Source: a virus. Taken from it: 64,000 bases of DNA. A model generated the notes under the pieces. The model was given only the letters and a program-made list of their open reading frames with translations. It ran no database searches and was not told the DNA's origin. Of the stretch, positions 8,235 through 17,065 are shown piece after piece; the first letter of the stretch is position 1; each line of letters starts with the position of its first letter. The stretch is from IMG/VR virus record IMGVR_UViG_3300021375_002698; one strand, given 5' to 3'. Made by a program: the position numbers and the translations under genes.

Positions 8235-9389
8235 TTATAATTTATTTGTCATATTCAAACGATGTATATTTAATTTATCGAGATTGTTTCTATCACTAGA
8301 CTCGTTATCAAGGTTTCCAATCAAAATTTCTCCTGTAGATAGTGAGTTTCCAAATTCATCATATTCTTCTATTTCTTTATCAATGTTGTAAACTTTTCCA
8401 TCAATACCCTTTCTACCAACTGTAGTTTCACCTCCATCATTTGAAGGTTTTACTTCTCCACGTGGCGAAATATTATCTGCATTGTATATTTTTATAGTTC
8501 TTTGTACATCATTTCCATTACCTCTAGTTGTTGAATGAACACCACCACCTGCGCCTTTTGTTCCACCTAATGCTGCGCTTGCTGTATCTACAGGATACAA
8601 CTTACCAATTCCACTACGTTTTGTATAGAAACTACCACTCATACTATTTTCATTTAACAATACTTCTCTTATATAAGCTTCTACTAAACTTCCTGTTCTT
8701 TTATACGATGCACCAAGATACTGTGATGTATTTGCCAAACCATTAAACGAATAAGGGTCAGTTTTTCTTTTAGATAATGAGTCAGATGCTTGCTTGTTTA
8801 AAGATGTATGAATCTTTTTATTATAATCTATAACTTTTTTATCAAAAGAATCTAGTTTTATATCTAATAGCTGAAGTGTGTATTTCATTTTGTCAATGAT
8901 TAACTTATTATTTATTTCTAAAAAGTCTTCTTCGTCTAAATCAGAATCTATACTACTTTTTATTTCAAACATCTCTAGAAAAATATTTAATTGACTTATT
9001 AAATCAATATAACTTACTTCAACTTCATCAAATTCAACATCTTCTAAATTGTATATGTCAATATCAAACAATCTTAAAATATCTTCAACTATTCCTGATA
9101 GAAGTATTATTTCTATTTCTACTTCATCAACAGTTAATTCTTCTTCTATATCAAATTCAATATCAATCAACTCAAATAAACTTCCAATTTCAGTTAATAT
9201 TTTTTTAAAATCAACCAATAATACATCTTCATCTTTGTCCCACTCACCTTTAGGTGCAGACAAAGCATCTCCCATACTCCACGTACTGCCTAATCCACTA
9301 TTATCAGTCCTACCATAACCTAAATCATTTCTTCCATCGTAATGCCCTGGACTAGGATTCGCTATTGAACTCGTATAAGGTATTGACAT
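8235..9389 (-). CDS. Hypothetical head-module protein with four acidic amphipathic repeats
   Basis: 384-aa ORF in the head gene cluster. Confidence 0.65.
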   Translation of the reverse strand: MSIPYTSSIANPSPGHYDGRNDLGYGRTDNSGLGSTWSMGDALSAPKGEWDKDEDVLLVDFKKILTEIGSLFELIDIEFDIEEELTVDEVEIEIILLSGIVEDILRLFDIDIYNLEDVEFDEVEVSYIDLISQLNIFLEMFEIKSSIDSDLDEEDFLEINNKLIIDKMKYTLQLLDIKLDSFDKKVIDYNKKIHTSLNKQASDSLSKRKTDPYSFNGLANTSQYLGASYKRTGSLVEAYIREVLLNENSMSGSFYTKRSGIGKLYPVDTASAALGGTKGAGGGVHSTTRGNGNDVQRTIKIYNADNISPRGEVKPSNDGGETTVGRKGIDGKVYNIDKEIEEYDEFGNSLSTGEILIGNLDNESSDRNNLDKLNIHRLNMTNKL

Positions 9390-9408
9390 TTTTTAAATAT
9401 ACCTGAAC

Positions 9409-10068
9409 TTAAATATCAATATCTATACTAGGAATAACAATATCAGGTAAACTTCCTCTTAAGCTTTCTGTTAATGCTGATGAAACTTGTCCATAATTTG
9501 CTATATCAATATACTCACCTAAAGTTATTGATGAAGGTTCTTCTTTCCTTTTAACATAATGATCACTAACGCTACTAGATGTTCTCGGGTTGTTTCTATC
9601 AAAACTAGTGCCAAAGCCTCTTCCATTTTCAGCAACATCTATATTAGCAGGTGCTGGTGACGATGTTCTATCTGATGGTATAATTGGTTCACCATTACTA
9701 TCTATTGATAAAGACTTCATATTCGGTCCTAAATAAGTAGGTTTATCTGTTGCGTTTTCAACATCAGTAAACTTTGAATTTCCACCTTCATATTTAAATT
9801 GCTCTGCGCTATATCCATCTCCAAAATCAGGTTGAATATCATCTTGTAATGAAATTCCACTAGTATATAATCCAGTAAATACTCCTTTAGTTTTATCAAA
9901 AGAATCAGTAGGATCACTTAAAGGGCCTCCAGGAAATAAAGAGCTTAAGTCTCTTGATGAACCGCCAGAAGTTAGATCACTAAATGTTCTTTTAAACTTA
10001 TCTCTTTGACCATTACTATCACCAAGACCTTCAGCTTGTTGATTAATCATTGTTGCGTTCATACCCAT
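9409..10068 (-). CDS. Hypothetical Gly/Ser/Asp/Pro-rich head-module protein
   Basis: 219-aa ORF with AAAGG upstream; located between protease and scaffold. Confidence 0.65.
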   Translation of the reverse strand: MGMNATMINQQAEGLGDSNGQRDKFKRTFSDLTSGGSSRDLSSLFPGGPLSDPTDSFDKTKGVFTGLYTSGISLQDDIQPDFGDGYSAEQFKYEGGNSKFTDVENATDKPTYLGPNMKSLSIDSNGEPIIPSDRTSSPAPANIDVAENGRGFGTSFDRNNPRTSSSVSDHYVKRKEEPSSITLGEYIDIANYGQVSSALTESLRGSLPDIVIPSIDIDI

Positions 10069-10111
10069 AGTAAAAACCTTTCTTTTATTATAAATATATG
10101 CTTAAAAAAGA

Positions 10112-10393
10112 TTAACCTAAGTTTTTCTTCATTACTTTTTTAAGACGTCTTTTTGTTTCTTGAATATTTTTCAATTGACGACGTAATTTTGCTTCCTTAA
10201 GATTACAAGCTTTATAATGATTAATACAAGCCTCTAATGTATTAGCAAGTTTATCAGCAGCTACTTCTTTAGTCCTTTTAGAAACTTCACTAGGATGACT
10301 TAAACCCATCTCTAATGTCTCATTTAAACGAGCTTTCTCTTCTTTAATAATTCTACGAATAGTCTCAGTTGTTAATTTTCTTCTTCTTGCCAT
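10112..10393 (-). CDS. Small basic coiled-coil hypothetical protein (prohead-associated?)
   Basis: GGAG SD; LTTETIRRIIKEE..LNE motif. Confidence 0.7.
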   Translation of the reverse strand: MARRRKLTTETIRRIIKEEKARLNETLEMGLSHPSEVSKRTKEVAADKLANTLEACINHYKACNLKEAKLRRQLKNIQETKRRLKKVMKKNLG

Positions 10394-10464
10394 TTTAAAT
10401 TCTCCGCTTTTAAATTTTTTTTACATTACTAAGTATAATTTGAAAGAAGAATTTATTTATTTAT

Positions 10465-10896
10465 TTACTTCTGACCTGAAAATGCTAAATGTGACCAATT
10501 ACTAGCAGCTTCTCCAAATAATTCTGATGGATCAGCTTCAGAAACGATTTTACTTGCACTATCAGTTGCTTTTCCAGCAAACTTACCAGGACTATCAGCA
10601 CTATTCTGCTCTTGCAACGTAGTCTTTGCAGTATCTTCTAATAGTGCTGCCATTACAGGATCACTTGTCGCAGCATTTATAGCTTTTCTAGTATTGTCTT
10701 CAAAGCTTTTATTTGAAACTTTTTTTCGCTTCTTTGGTGGCAACATACTCTGTATGTTTTTGTTAGGTTTATAAGATACGTTGTCAACGTTTTCTTTCAA
10801 AGACTTAACATCTCCACCTGTAAGACCCTCAGCAAGAATCTCAACTAAGCACTCTTTAACAATCTCTTTTAATAATTCTTTACTTACTTTTGCCAT
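10465..10896 (-). CDS. Hypothetical prohead-associated protein
   Basis: AAGGA SD; LLKEIVKECLVEILAE N-terminus; DPVMAALLEDT. Confidence 0.7.
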   Translation of the reverse strand: MAKVSKELLKEIVKECLVEILAEGLTGGDVKSLKENVDNVSYKPNKNIQSMLPPKKRKKVSNKSFEDNTRKAINAATSDPVMAALLEDTAKTTLQEQNSADSPGKFAGKATDSASKIVSEADPSELFGEAASNWSHLAFSGQK

Positions 10897-10911
10897 TATA
10901 AATCCTTAAGC

Positions 10912-11310
10912 TTAACCTTGCTTTGTAATCCAAGAAAGATCTGTTTGTGTATAGCTATCTTCTGATTTAATATTTGTTAATCCTGCCATTACATATACAT
11001 TACTTCCGCCAGCAACATCTTTAAAAGTAATTTCTGTACATCTAAGTTCTAGTCTTCCTGTATTACCATTATTTAATAAAAAATGCTCTGTTGGAGCTGT
11101 TCCTGCTGTTATACCACCAGAAGAAAATGCTATTTCAATATCTGTAGAACAGCTTACTATAATCCACCTAGCTACTCTTGGCAATGACAGAGTAAAATTT
11201 GCACCACCAGCTAAAACGATTTTTTTTGTGTAAGGAAGACCACTTAATTGATACTCGGGTACATGATTAATATTTGGTTTAGGCCATCTTGTATTATTTT
11301 CTATTGCCAT
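10912..11310 (-). CDS. Small beta-rich virion protein (possible capsid decoration); likely start MAIENN at 11310
   Basis: TAATG overlap with the protease stop codon; alternating hydrophobic beta pattern. Confidence 0.6.
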   Translation of the reverse strand: MAIENNTRWPKPNINHVPEYQLSGLPYTKKIVLAGGANFTLSLPRVARWIIVSCSTDIEIAFSSGGITAGTAPTEHFLLNNGNTGRLELRCTEITFKDVAGGSNVYVMAGLTNIKSEDSYTQTDLSWITKQG

Positions 11311-11915
11311 TATTTCCACTCCAATATGTCATTAAATATTCTATCTATTCGATCTGATTTGTTAAATATCTCGTTTAATTGTTGACGATTAAATTCTCTT
11401 CCTTCTCTCATCATAAATGCGCCAGGAGTCGAAGGTTCACTTACAAAATCCCAACATATAAGCTGAAAGTCATCTTGTACTATTTGTGTATCGCCTTGTG
11501 ATCTTGTGCTACCAACACCTCTTGATGATATACCTAATGTTATACCACTCTCAACCAAACTTTGCAAAATCTTTCCGCTAGGTGTACTCAATATCTCAAC
11601 AACACCATAAACAATGTTCCCCTCCATATAAGCTTCTTTTATAACATGTGATGCATTTTTAAGCTCTACGACAGAAGAATCTGGGTGATCTAATTCACCT
11701 AATGCTCTATTCTCTTTTATGAATTTTTGGTAGTTTCTTATTTCTCTTTCAAGTATAACTCTAGGATAAACACGACCATTTTGATTTAAAGTTTCAGCTT
11801 TTTGAAGAATTCCCTTCATTACTAAAGGTTGTCCTTTTTCTTTCTGTTCTTTTATTAACTTAGTATCGTATTCGAAATTTGTCCACTCTGTTATGATTTT
11901 AGCTGTTGCGTTCAT
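11310..11915 (-). CDS. gp21: Prohead maturation protease (T4 gp21-like)
   Basis: GILQKAETLNQNGRVYP, ALGELDHP, GISSRGVGS, WDFVSEPSTPGA; likely start MNATAK at 11915. Confidence 0.95.
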   Translation of the reverse strand: MNATAKIITEWTNFEYDTKLIKEQKEKGQPLVMKGILQKAETLNQNGRVYPRVILEREIRNYQKFIKENRALGELDHPDSSVVELKNASHVIKEAYMEGNIVYGVVEILSTPSGKILQSLVESGITLGISSRGVGSTRSQGDTQIVQDDFQLICWDFVSEPSTPGAFMMREGREFNRQQLNEIFNKSDRIDRIFNDILEWK

Positions 11916-11916
11916 A

Positions 11917-12750
11917 TTATTCTCCCAATAACTCTTCATAGAGTTTAGATACAGTCATAAACTTTTGCAAGCTTTCTTTGTCAAAGACATTAGAGTCTAA
12001 ATTCTTTATATTTTTATTGACTAAACTATATTTTTCTGAAACTATTTTATTGTTGCAGTCATTTATATAAGTATCTAACTTGTTTTTTGTGTTTTCTTTT
12101 ATTATTGAAAACTTTTCTTTCATCAATTCGTTGTCATTATTAATGAAACATTCTAATAGCTGCTTTTGTGTTTCGTTCAAAAAAGAATTGTACTTTTTAT
12201 TAAAAACTTCATTCATCATCTTGAGCGTAAAACTATCTACTTTAAGTAATGTATTGTTGTTTTCTTTTTCAATTTCAACTTTTTCTGTTAAAGAATTATG
12301 TAGCTTTATTTCATATTCAGTCATTAGATCAAAAGAAGAGTCTTCACTTCTCCACTCATTTAATAAAGTTTGAATTGTTGCGTATATTCTATAATTGTCT
12401 ATATTTTCTTTAAATATCACACCTTTACCAAATGTATAGTTAAGCTTTTTTATTAGCTGAGATTTTTCACTTTCTAATTTCTTGCTTACAAACATTTGAT
12501 TGCAAGCTTTTTTTGCTTCACTAATTATAGAACTAGCAAGATTATCCGTTGTATCTTTTGTTGTTGCTAAAGCTTTGAAAAGTTTATACTCTTTATTAAG
12601 TTGTGTACCTTTTTTAAAGCTTTCTTTGATAATATTTATACCTTTATTGGCAGACGATTGATCGTTTTCTATCATTCGATTACAAATAAATTTAATCATT
12701 TGTTCATAAATAATACCAATATTTCTCTTTTTGTTATGAACTTTAGCCAT
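11917..12750 (-). CDS. Hypothetical protein between portal and protease (prohead core candidate)
   Basis: 277-aa helical ORF in the position of T4 core genes 67/68; GAGGA SD. Confidence 0.65.
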   Translation of the reverse strand: MAKVHNKKRNIGIIYEQMIKFICNRMIENDQSSANKGINIIKESFKKGTQLNKEYKLFKALATTKDTTDNLASSIISEAKKACNQMFVSKKLESEKSQLIKKLNYTFGKGVIFKENIDNYRIYATIQTLLNEWRSEDSSFDLMTEYEIKLHNSLTEKVEIEKENNNTLLKVDSFTLKMMNEVFNKKYNSFLNETQKQLLECFINNDNELMKEKFSIIKENTKNKLDTYINDCNNKIVSEKYSLVNKNIKNLDSNVFDKESLQKFMTVSKLYEELLGE

Positions 12751-14757
12751 TTATTCTTCCTCTTTATTAATATCTTCATCATCTATAAGTATATCGTAAT
12801 CTTCAAGACCTTCAGCTAAAACACCTATTTTATTATTCATATTAAGCTTTGATCCCATGTCATCAAGTGATTTTGACATTCTATAACTTAATTGTTTATC
12901 AATAAACTTATCAACTACTGGGCTTTGTGGCATTATACCATCGTTAAGACTTACGTTTAAATCACTAGCTTTTATAACTTCTGGCCCTGTTAAAGCGCCT
13001 TGATGTACAGATGTTTTTGTAATCGGTTCATTACCTGAGTCCCATTTGTATTTTTTGTTTTTCCCTCTTGTTTTACTTTTACTCATTTTATTTGATACAT
13101 TAGCACCTTTACCATTATTACCTATTTCACTTTTTAATTCTTCAGATACTTCATCATCTTCTTCTAATATGTTATCAATATCATTAAATTCTTCTTCAGA
13201 CATTAATTTTCCACTTTTCATGTCACCCGCAAATAGACCTTCTAAACCGCCTGTATCTTCTTCTGCTTCTTCTCCACCGCCGCCCATATCCATATCTCCA
13301 CCATCTCCACCTGATCCATCATCTCCTTCATCACCGAAGTTAAATGTGTCTTGTGTTTTTAATTGGACTCCTTCAAGTTCCATATCAGATAATTTATCTT
13401 TCCTCTTTCCTTTTTCTATTCTTTGAATCTCATCATCGCTAAGGTCTAATATATGTTTTCTAACCCATTCTCTGTCTACAATAGATTCTGGCGCTGATGA
13501 TGCTATTTCAAATTTTGTTCTAATTAGCTCCAGTTTTTGTTGCTGTGCAATGCTTGATGGATTACTTAGCTTTAATTCAAAGTTCAACAGATCATCGTCT
13601 GTATATCCGCATGTATATAAATGAATCATTGCTAGTTTATTCAGTTCAGAAACTATTGTTTTTTGTATTCTTTGTATTGTCCTGCTAAATCTTACATCTT
13701 CTTGTGCTAGTGTAGCCTTAGCTCCTATATCTTCGTCGTAGCCAAGATAAGCTTTCGGTATTTTAAGCGCAGCGAATAGTTTCTTTTGTATGTATTCTAC
13801 ATCTTCAATTGCTGTTGTATTTGATCCGCCTGCTAGAGTATCAATTCTTGTTCCTGTATCTCCACCTCTAACTGGCAAGAAATAATCTTCGTCAACAGAT
13901 AACGGATTGTATCTTAAATCTACTTGTCCTGTTGTTTTATCTACAACAGCGTTTCTTTTCAAAGAAGTTTGAGCTTGCTCTAAATAATCAGCAATATTTT
14001 CTGGCGGTATATTACCAACGTCAATATAAAAAACTCTTCTTTCAGGGGATCGTATAACTCTATAAACTAACATAGCGTCTTCTATTAGAATCAATTGACG
14101 CCATACTCTTCTTGCACCTTCAAGAACAGAAGCGCCATATGGTAAAAATGCATCATTACCAAGTAATCTAAAATGTGATACTTGCCAGTTTTCTAATACT
14201 CTATTACCCTGCGTTACCCATCTAAATCTTACAGCTCCAGCGTCTTCTTTATCAAAACCTTCTTCTCTTTCAATTTCAGAAATAGGAATAGGAAATGCAT
14301 TTATTACTCCATACTCTGGATGGATATCATTAAAAAGAAAAAAGTCTCCGTACTTACATAGATTTCTAACCCACATTACTAAGTTAAAGTCTATATTAAG
14401 TGTATCATAAAAAAGCTCACTTAATAATTTTTTTATCATTCTGTTTTCAGAGTAGATATGTAAAACATTTCCTTCAGCATCTGGAGACACACACTCTTCA
14501 GAATAAATATCTAACGCTGAAGAAAGTTCTGGTGTTGCTTCCATTTCTGAGAAGTCTGAATATCTTGCCATTCTATCATAAGAGCCATAAGCACTCAATG
14601 TAGAATTATATACATCACTATGCGCTTTTCTAAAAACTTCTAGTGATGATTTAGACGCTGTTGTGCTTTTGAATTTTTTAATTCTTCTTCTTACAACCGG
14701 GCCAGATCTAAACAAATCTGTTAATTTTTTAAATAGACTACTATTGTTATCTGCCAT
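12751..14757 (-). CDS. gp20: Portal protein (T4 gp20-like) with a long acidic C-terminal extension
   Basis: EDAMLVYRVIRSPERRVFYIDVGN, EDYFLPVRG...IDTL.G, IEDVEYIQKKLFAALKIP. Confidence 0.95.
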   Translation of the reverse strand: MADNNSSLFKKLTDLFRSGPVVRRRIKKFKSTTASKSSLEVFRKAHSDVYNSTLSAYGSYDRMARYSDFSEMEATPELSSALDIYSEECVSPDAEGNVLHIYSENRMIKKLLSELFYDTLNIDFNLVMWVRNLCKYGDFFLFNDIHPEYGVINAFPIPISEIEREEGFDKEDAGAVRFRWVTQGNRVLENWQVSHFRLLGNDAFLPYGASVLEGARRVWRQLILIEDAMLVYRVIRSPERRVFYIDVGNIPPENIADYLEQAQTSLKRNAVVDKTTGQVDLRYNPLSVDEDYFLPVRGGDTGTRIDTLAGGSNTTAIEDVEYIQKKLFAALKIPKAYLGYDEDIGAKATLAQEDVRFSRTIQRIQKTIVSELNKLAMIHLYTCGYTDDDLLNFELKLSNPSSIAQQQKLELIRTKFEIASSAPESIVDREWVRKHILDLSDDEIQRIEKGKRKDKLSDMELEGVQLKTQDTFNFGDEGDDGSGGDGGDMDMGGGGEEAEEDTGGLEGLFAGDMKSGKLMSEEEFNDIDNILEEDDEVSEELKSEIGNNGKGANVSNKMSKSKTRGKNKKYKWDSGNEPITKTSVHQGALTGPEVIKASDLNVSLNDGIMPQSPVVDKFIDKQLSYRMSKSLDDMGSKLNMNNKIGVLAEGLEDYDILIDDEDINKEEE

Positions 14758-16389
14758 TTATTTTCCTATTAGCCAGCTTAAATCCCCAAGAGGATTGTTT
14801 TTTGTTATTTTCTTATTATTGTCTGAGAATCTTTTTTCACCCATGAATGTGGGTATAAAAGGATTAACAACTGTTTCTTTACTATTATAGAAAGGAGAAA
14901 TATTTGTTTTATTAATATTTGTATTATTTACTTCCATTCCTTTGAGTAGCGCATCTGCGTATTCGAGCTGTGTTGAGTTATAAGAATCACTATTACTGTC
15001 AGAAAGCCAGCATCCTATAGCTAAAGACATAATAAGATCATCGTTATATCCTTTCATAGCGCCTACTTTTTTACCATTCCAAACAAAAGTTTTTAATTCT
15101 GATACTAACCTTGTTGATTTTGTTTTTATTCTTCCATTCCTTAGAGATTCTTCAAAGTTTGCTAATATTTTTTCTCTACTATCTTTGTTAGTGTTAAATC
15201 CAGCTTTTCCTATATTATTTTCTTCACCATATAAAAATTTATACTTCTCACGTTCAGAAGAGAAGTAAATATTATCATATCCAAGATCTCCAAGTTTAGA
15301 TAAAACTGTATAACCATATGCATTATTTTCAGGGCAAATCAATGCTTTATTAAACCTTCTAGCAATATCATATAACAAAGATGCAAAATTATCTGGTGGT
15401 ATTTTTCCTTTAAACTCAACTGCTATTGACATTGTTTTTACATTTATTATATGAAATGTAGAGTAATCTCCGCTATCTCCTCTAGAAACATCTGCAGAAG
15501 CTACGTAATTATTTCCTTCAATAGGATACTCCCAATACCACACATTCATCTCTGGTCCACTTTTCTCAACTGGACTTTTTGTTACTATTCTTAGCTTTTC
15601 TAAAACATCTTGTGATAAAAATGTGTCTCCTGAAGATGAAAAGTCGCACAATAACTCTTGCGATATTTGCTTTTTAGACATGTTCTTGGTTTCTTTTTCA
15701 AACCACTCATCACCACGTTCAGGATGTACATCCCACATAAGCTTTATAGGATTAAACTTGTTTTCTTTAAGCTCAGCTTTTGTATATAACTCATGATATT
15801 GACCACCTACGCCATTTGGAGTAGATAAAATAATAGCTCTACCGCCTGTAGATAATGTTGGATATAAACCCATCCATAAATCATCAAAGTTTCTTACAAA
15901 AGCAGCTTCATCAACAATTAGCAAAGAAAGCGCTTCTGAACGACCTGCATCTTCTGACGTTGGTACAGCTTTTATTTGTGATCCATTGGAAAACTCTATT
16001 TGCTGTTTATTATTTGCAACAATTACTGGAACTAGCAGCCACTTAGGCATGCTTTTTATATAAGTTTTTACTTTTCTTATAAAGTTTTGCGCTACTGCTA
16101 GCTTTGTTGCTATAATTAAAATGTTTTTTTCTTTATAGAAAATAGATTGCCAAACAGAATAAGCAGCAACTAGTGTTGATAGTCCTAGCTGTCTTGATTT
16201 AAGTATTATGTTAAATCTATGATCGTTAAAGTCTTTAACACAATCGTCTTGGAAATCAAAAGTATTAAAATTTATAAGCCCCTTCATAGGATGTTGTATT
16301 TTTAAATACTTGTTCATAAAGTATACAGGATCTTTACCGCACTTTATTATTTCACTTATTTGGTTTTGTTTGGAAAGCTTCTTAGGCAT
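14758..16389 (-). CDS. terL: Terminase large subunit (T4 gp17-like)
   Basis: KSRQLGLST (Walker A), LLIVDEAAF (Walker B), STPNG, ADVSRGDSGD, NDDLIMS; likely start MPKK at 16389. Confidence 0.96.
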   Translation of the reverse strand: MPKKLSKQNQISEIIKCGKDPVYFMNKYLKIQHPMKGLINFNTFDFQDDCVKDFNDHRFNIILKSRQLGLSTLVAAYSVWQSIFYKEKNILIIATKLAVAQNFIRKVKTYIKSMPKWLLVPVIVANNKQQIEFSNGSQIKAVPTSEDAGRSEALSLLIVDEAAFVRNFDDLWMGLYPTLSTGGRAIILSTPNGVGGQYHELYTKAELKENKFNPIKLMWDVHPERGDEWFEKETKNMSKKQISQELLCDFSSSGDTFLSQDVLEKLRIVTKSPVEKSGPEMNVWYWEYPIEGNNYVASADVSRGDSGDYSTFHIINVKTMSIAVEFKGKIPPDNFASLLYDIARRFNKALICPENNAYGYTVLSKLGDLGYDNIYFSSEREKYKFLYGEENNIGKAGFNTNKDSREKILANFEESLRNGRIKTKSTRLVSELKTFVWNGKKVGAMKGYNDDLIMSLAIGCWLSDSNSDSYNSTQLEYADALLKGMEVNNTNINKTNISPFYNSKETVVNPFIPTFMGEKRFSDNNKKITKNNPLGDLSWLIGK

Positions 16390-16390
16390 A

Positions 16391-16762
16391 TTATGAAACC
16401 GTATAACAAACACAGAACTTATATTTAATAGTTCTTATTGGGTTGTATGGTGATACAGTTAAAGTTTCCATTGAATCTGACTCTGAATCTTTTTTAGTTT
16501 TTAAAGATCTACCTGAAGTTTCTTTAAACTCTTCTTTTATTAATTTAAGACGAGAAGTTATCATTTGCATAGTTTCAGATTTTAAAGCATCTATTTGACT
16601 TCTAAGCTCAACATCTTTAGCAGCTCTTAATATAGTTCTATACTCTATGCATAACAAGTCATTTTTTATAGAAGCAACTGTTCTTCTATCATGAGACTCT
16701 GCATAGTTGTTATATACATTGTCTAAACAATTCCCTAAAGATTGTATTAATTCATATTCCAT
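16391..16762 (-). CDS. Hypothetical protein immediately upstream of TerL
   Basis: 123-aa ORF with AAAGG SD; its stop is 1 nt from the TerL start. Confidence 0.65.
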   Translation of the reverse strand: MEYELIQSLGNCLDNVYNNYAESHDRRTVASIKNDLLCIEYRTILRAAKDVELRSQIDALKSETMQMITSRLKLIKEEFKETSGRSLKTKKDSESDSMETLTVSPYNPIRTIKYKFCVCYTVS

Positions 16763-16807
16763 TTGATTTACAAACCTTTCAATTTATATTAATAATTATC
16801 TATCACG

Positions 16808-17065
16808 TTATATATTTGGTCTCCAGCCATTATCCCATTTTTCTTTATTAGTAAAGTAATGCATGTCATAACATAACTCACAACAATTTTCTTTTCTAAG
16901 CATTTCAACGTCTTCAATACAGTTTATAAGCTTTTTACATATAGGGCAGTCAAGCGGCAGTGAATCATCATTAATTTCTCTAACAAATCTTATTCCGTTT
17001 TTTACAAACTCTTCATGTCTGTCATCGATCTTAATCCATGAATCTTTATTATTCAAATCTAACAT
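16808..17065 (-). CDS. Small Cys-rich zinc-binding protein
   Basis: CPICK...CCELC; ends KWDNGWRP. Confidence 0.6.
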   Translation of the reverse strand: MLDLNNKDSWIKIDDRHEEFVKNGIRFVREINDDSLPLDCPICKKLINCIEDVEMLRKENCCELCYDMHYFTNKEKWDNGWRPNI

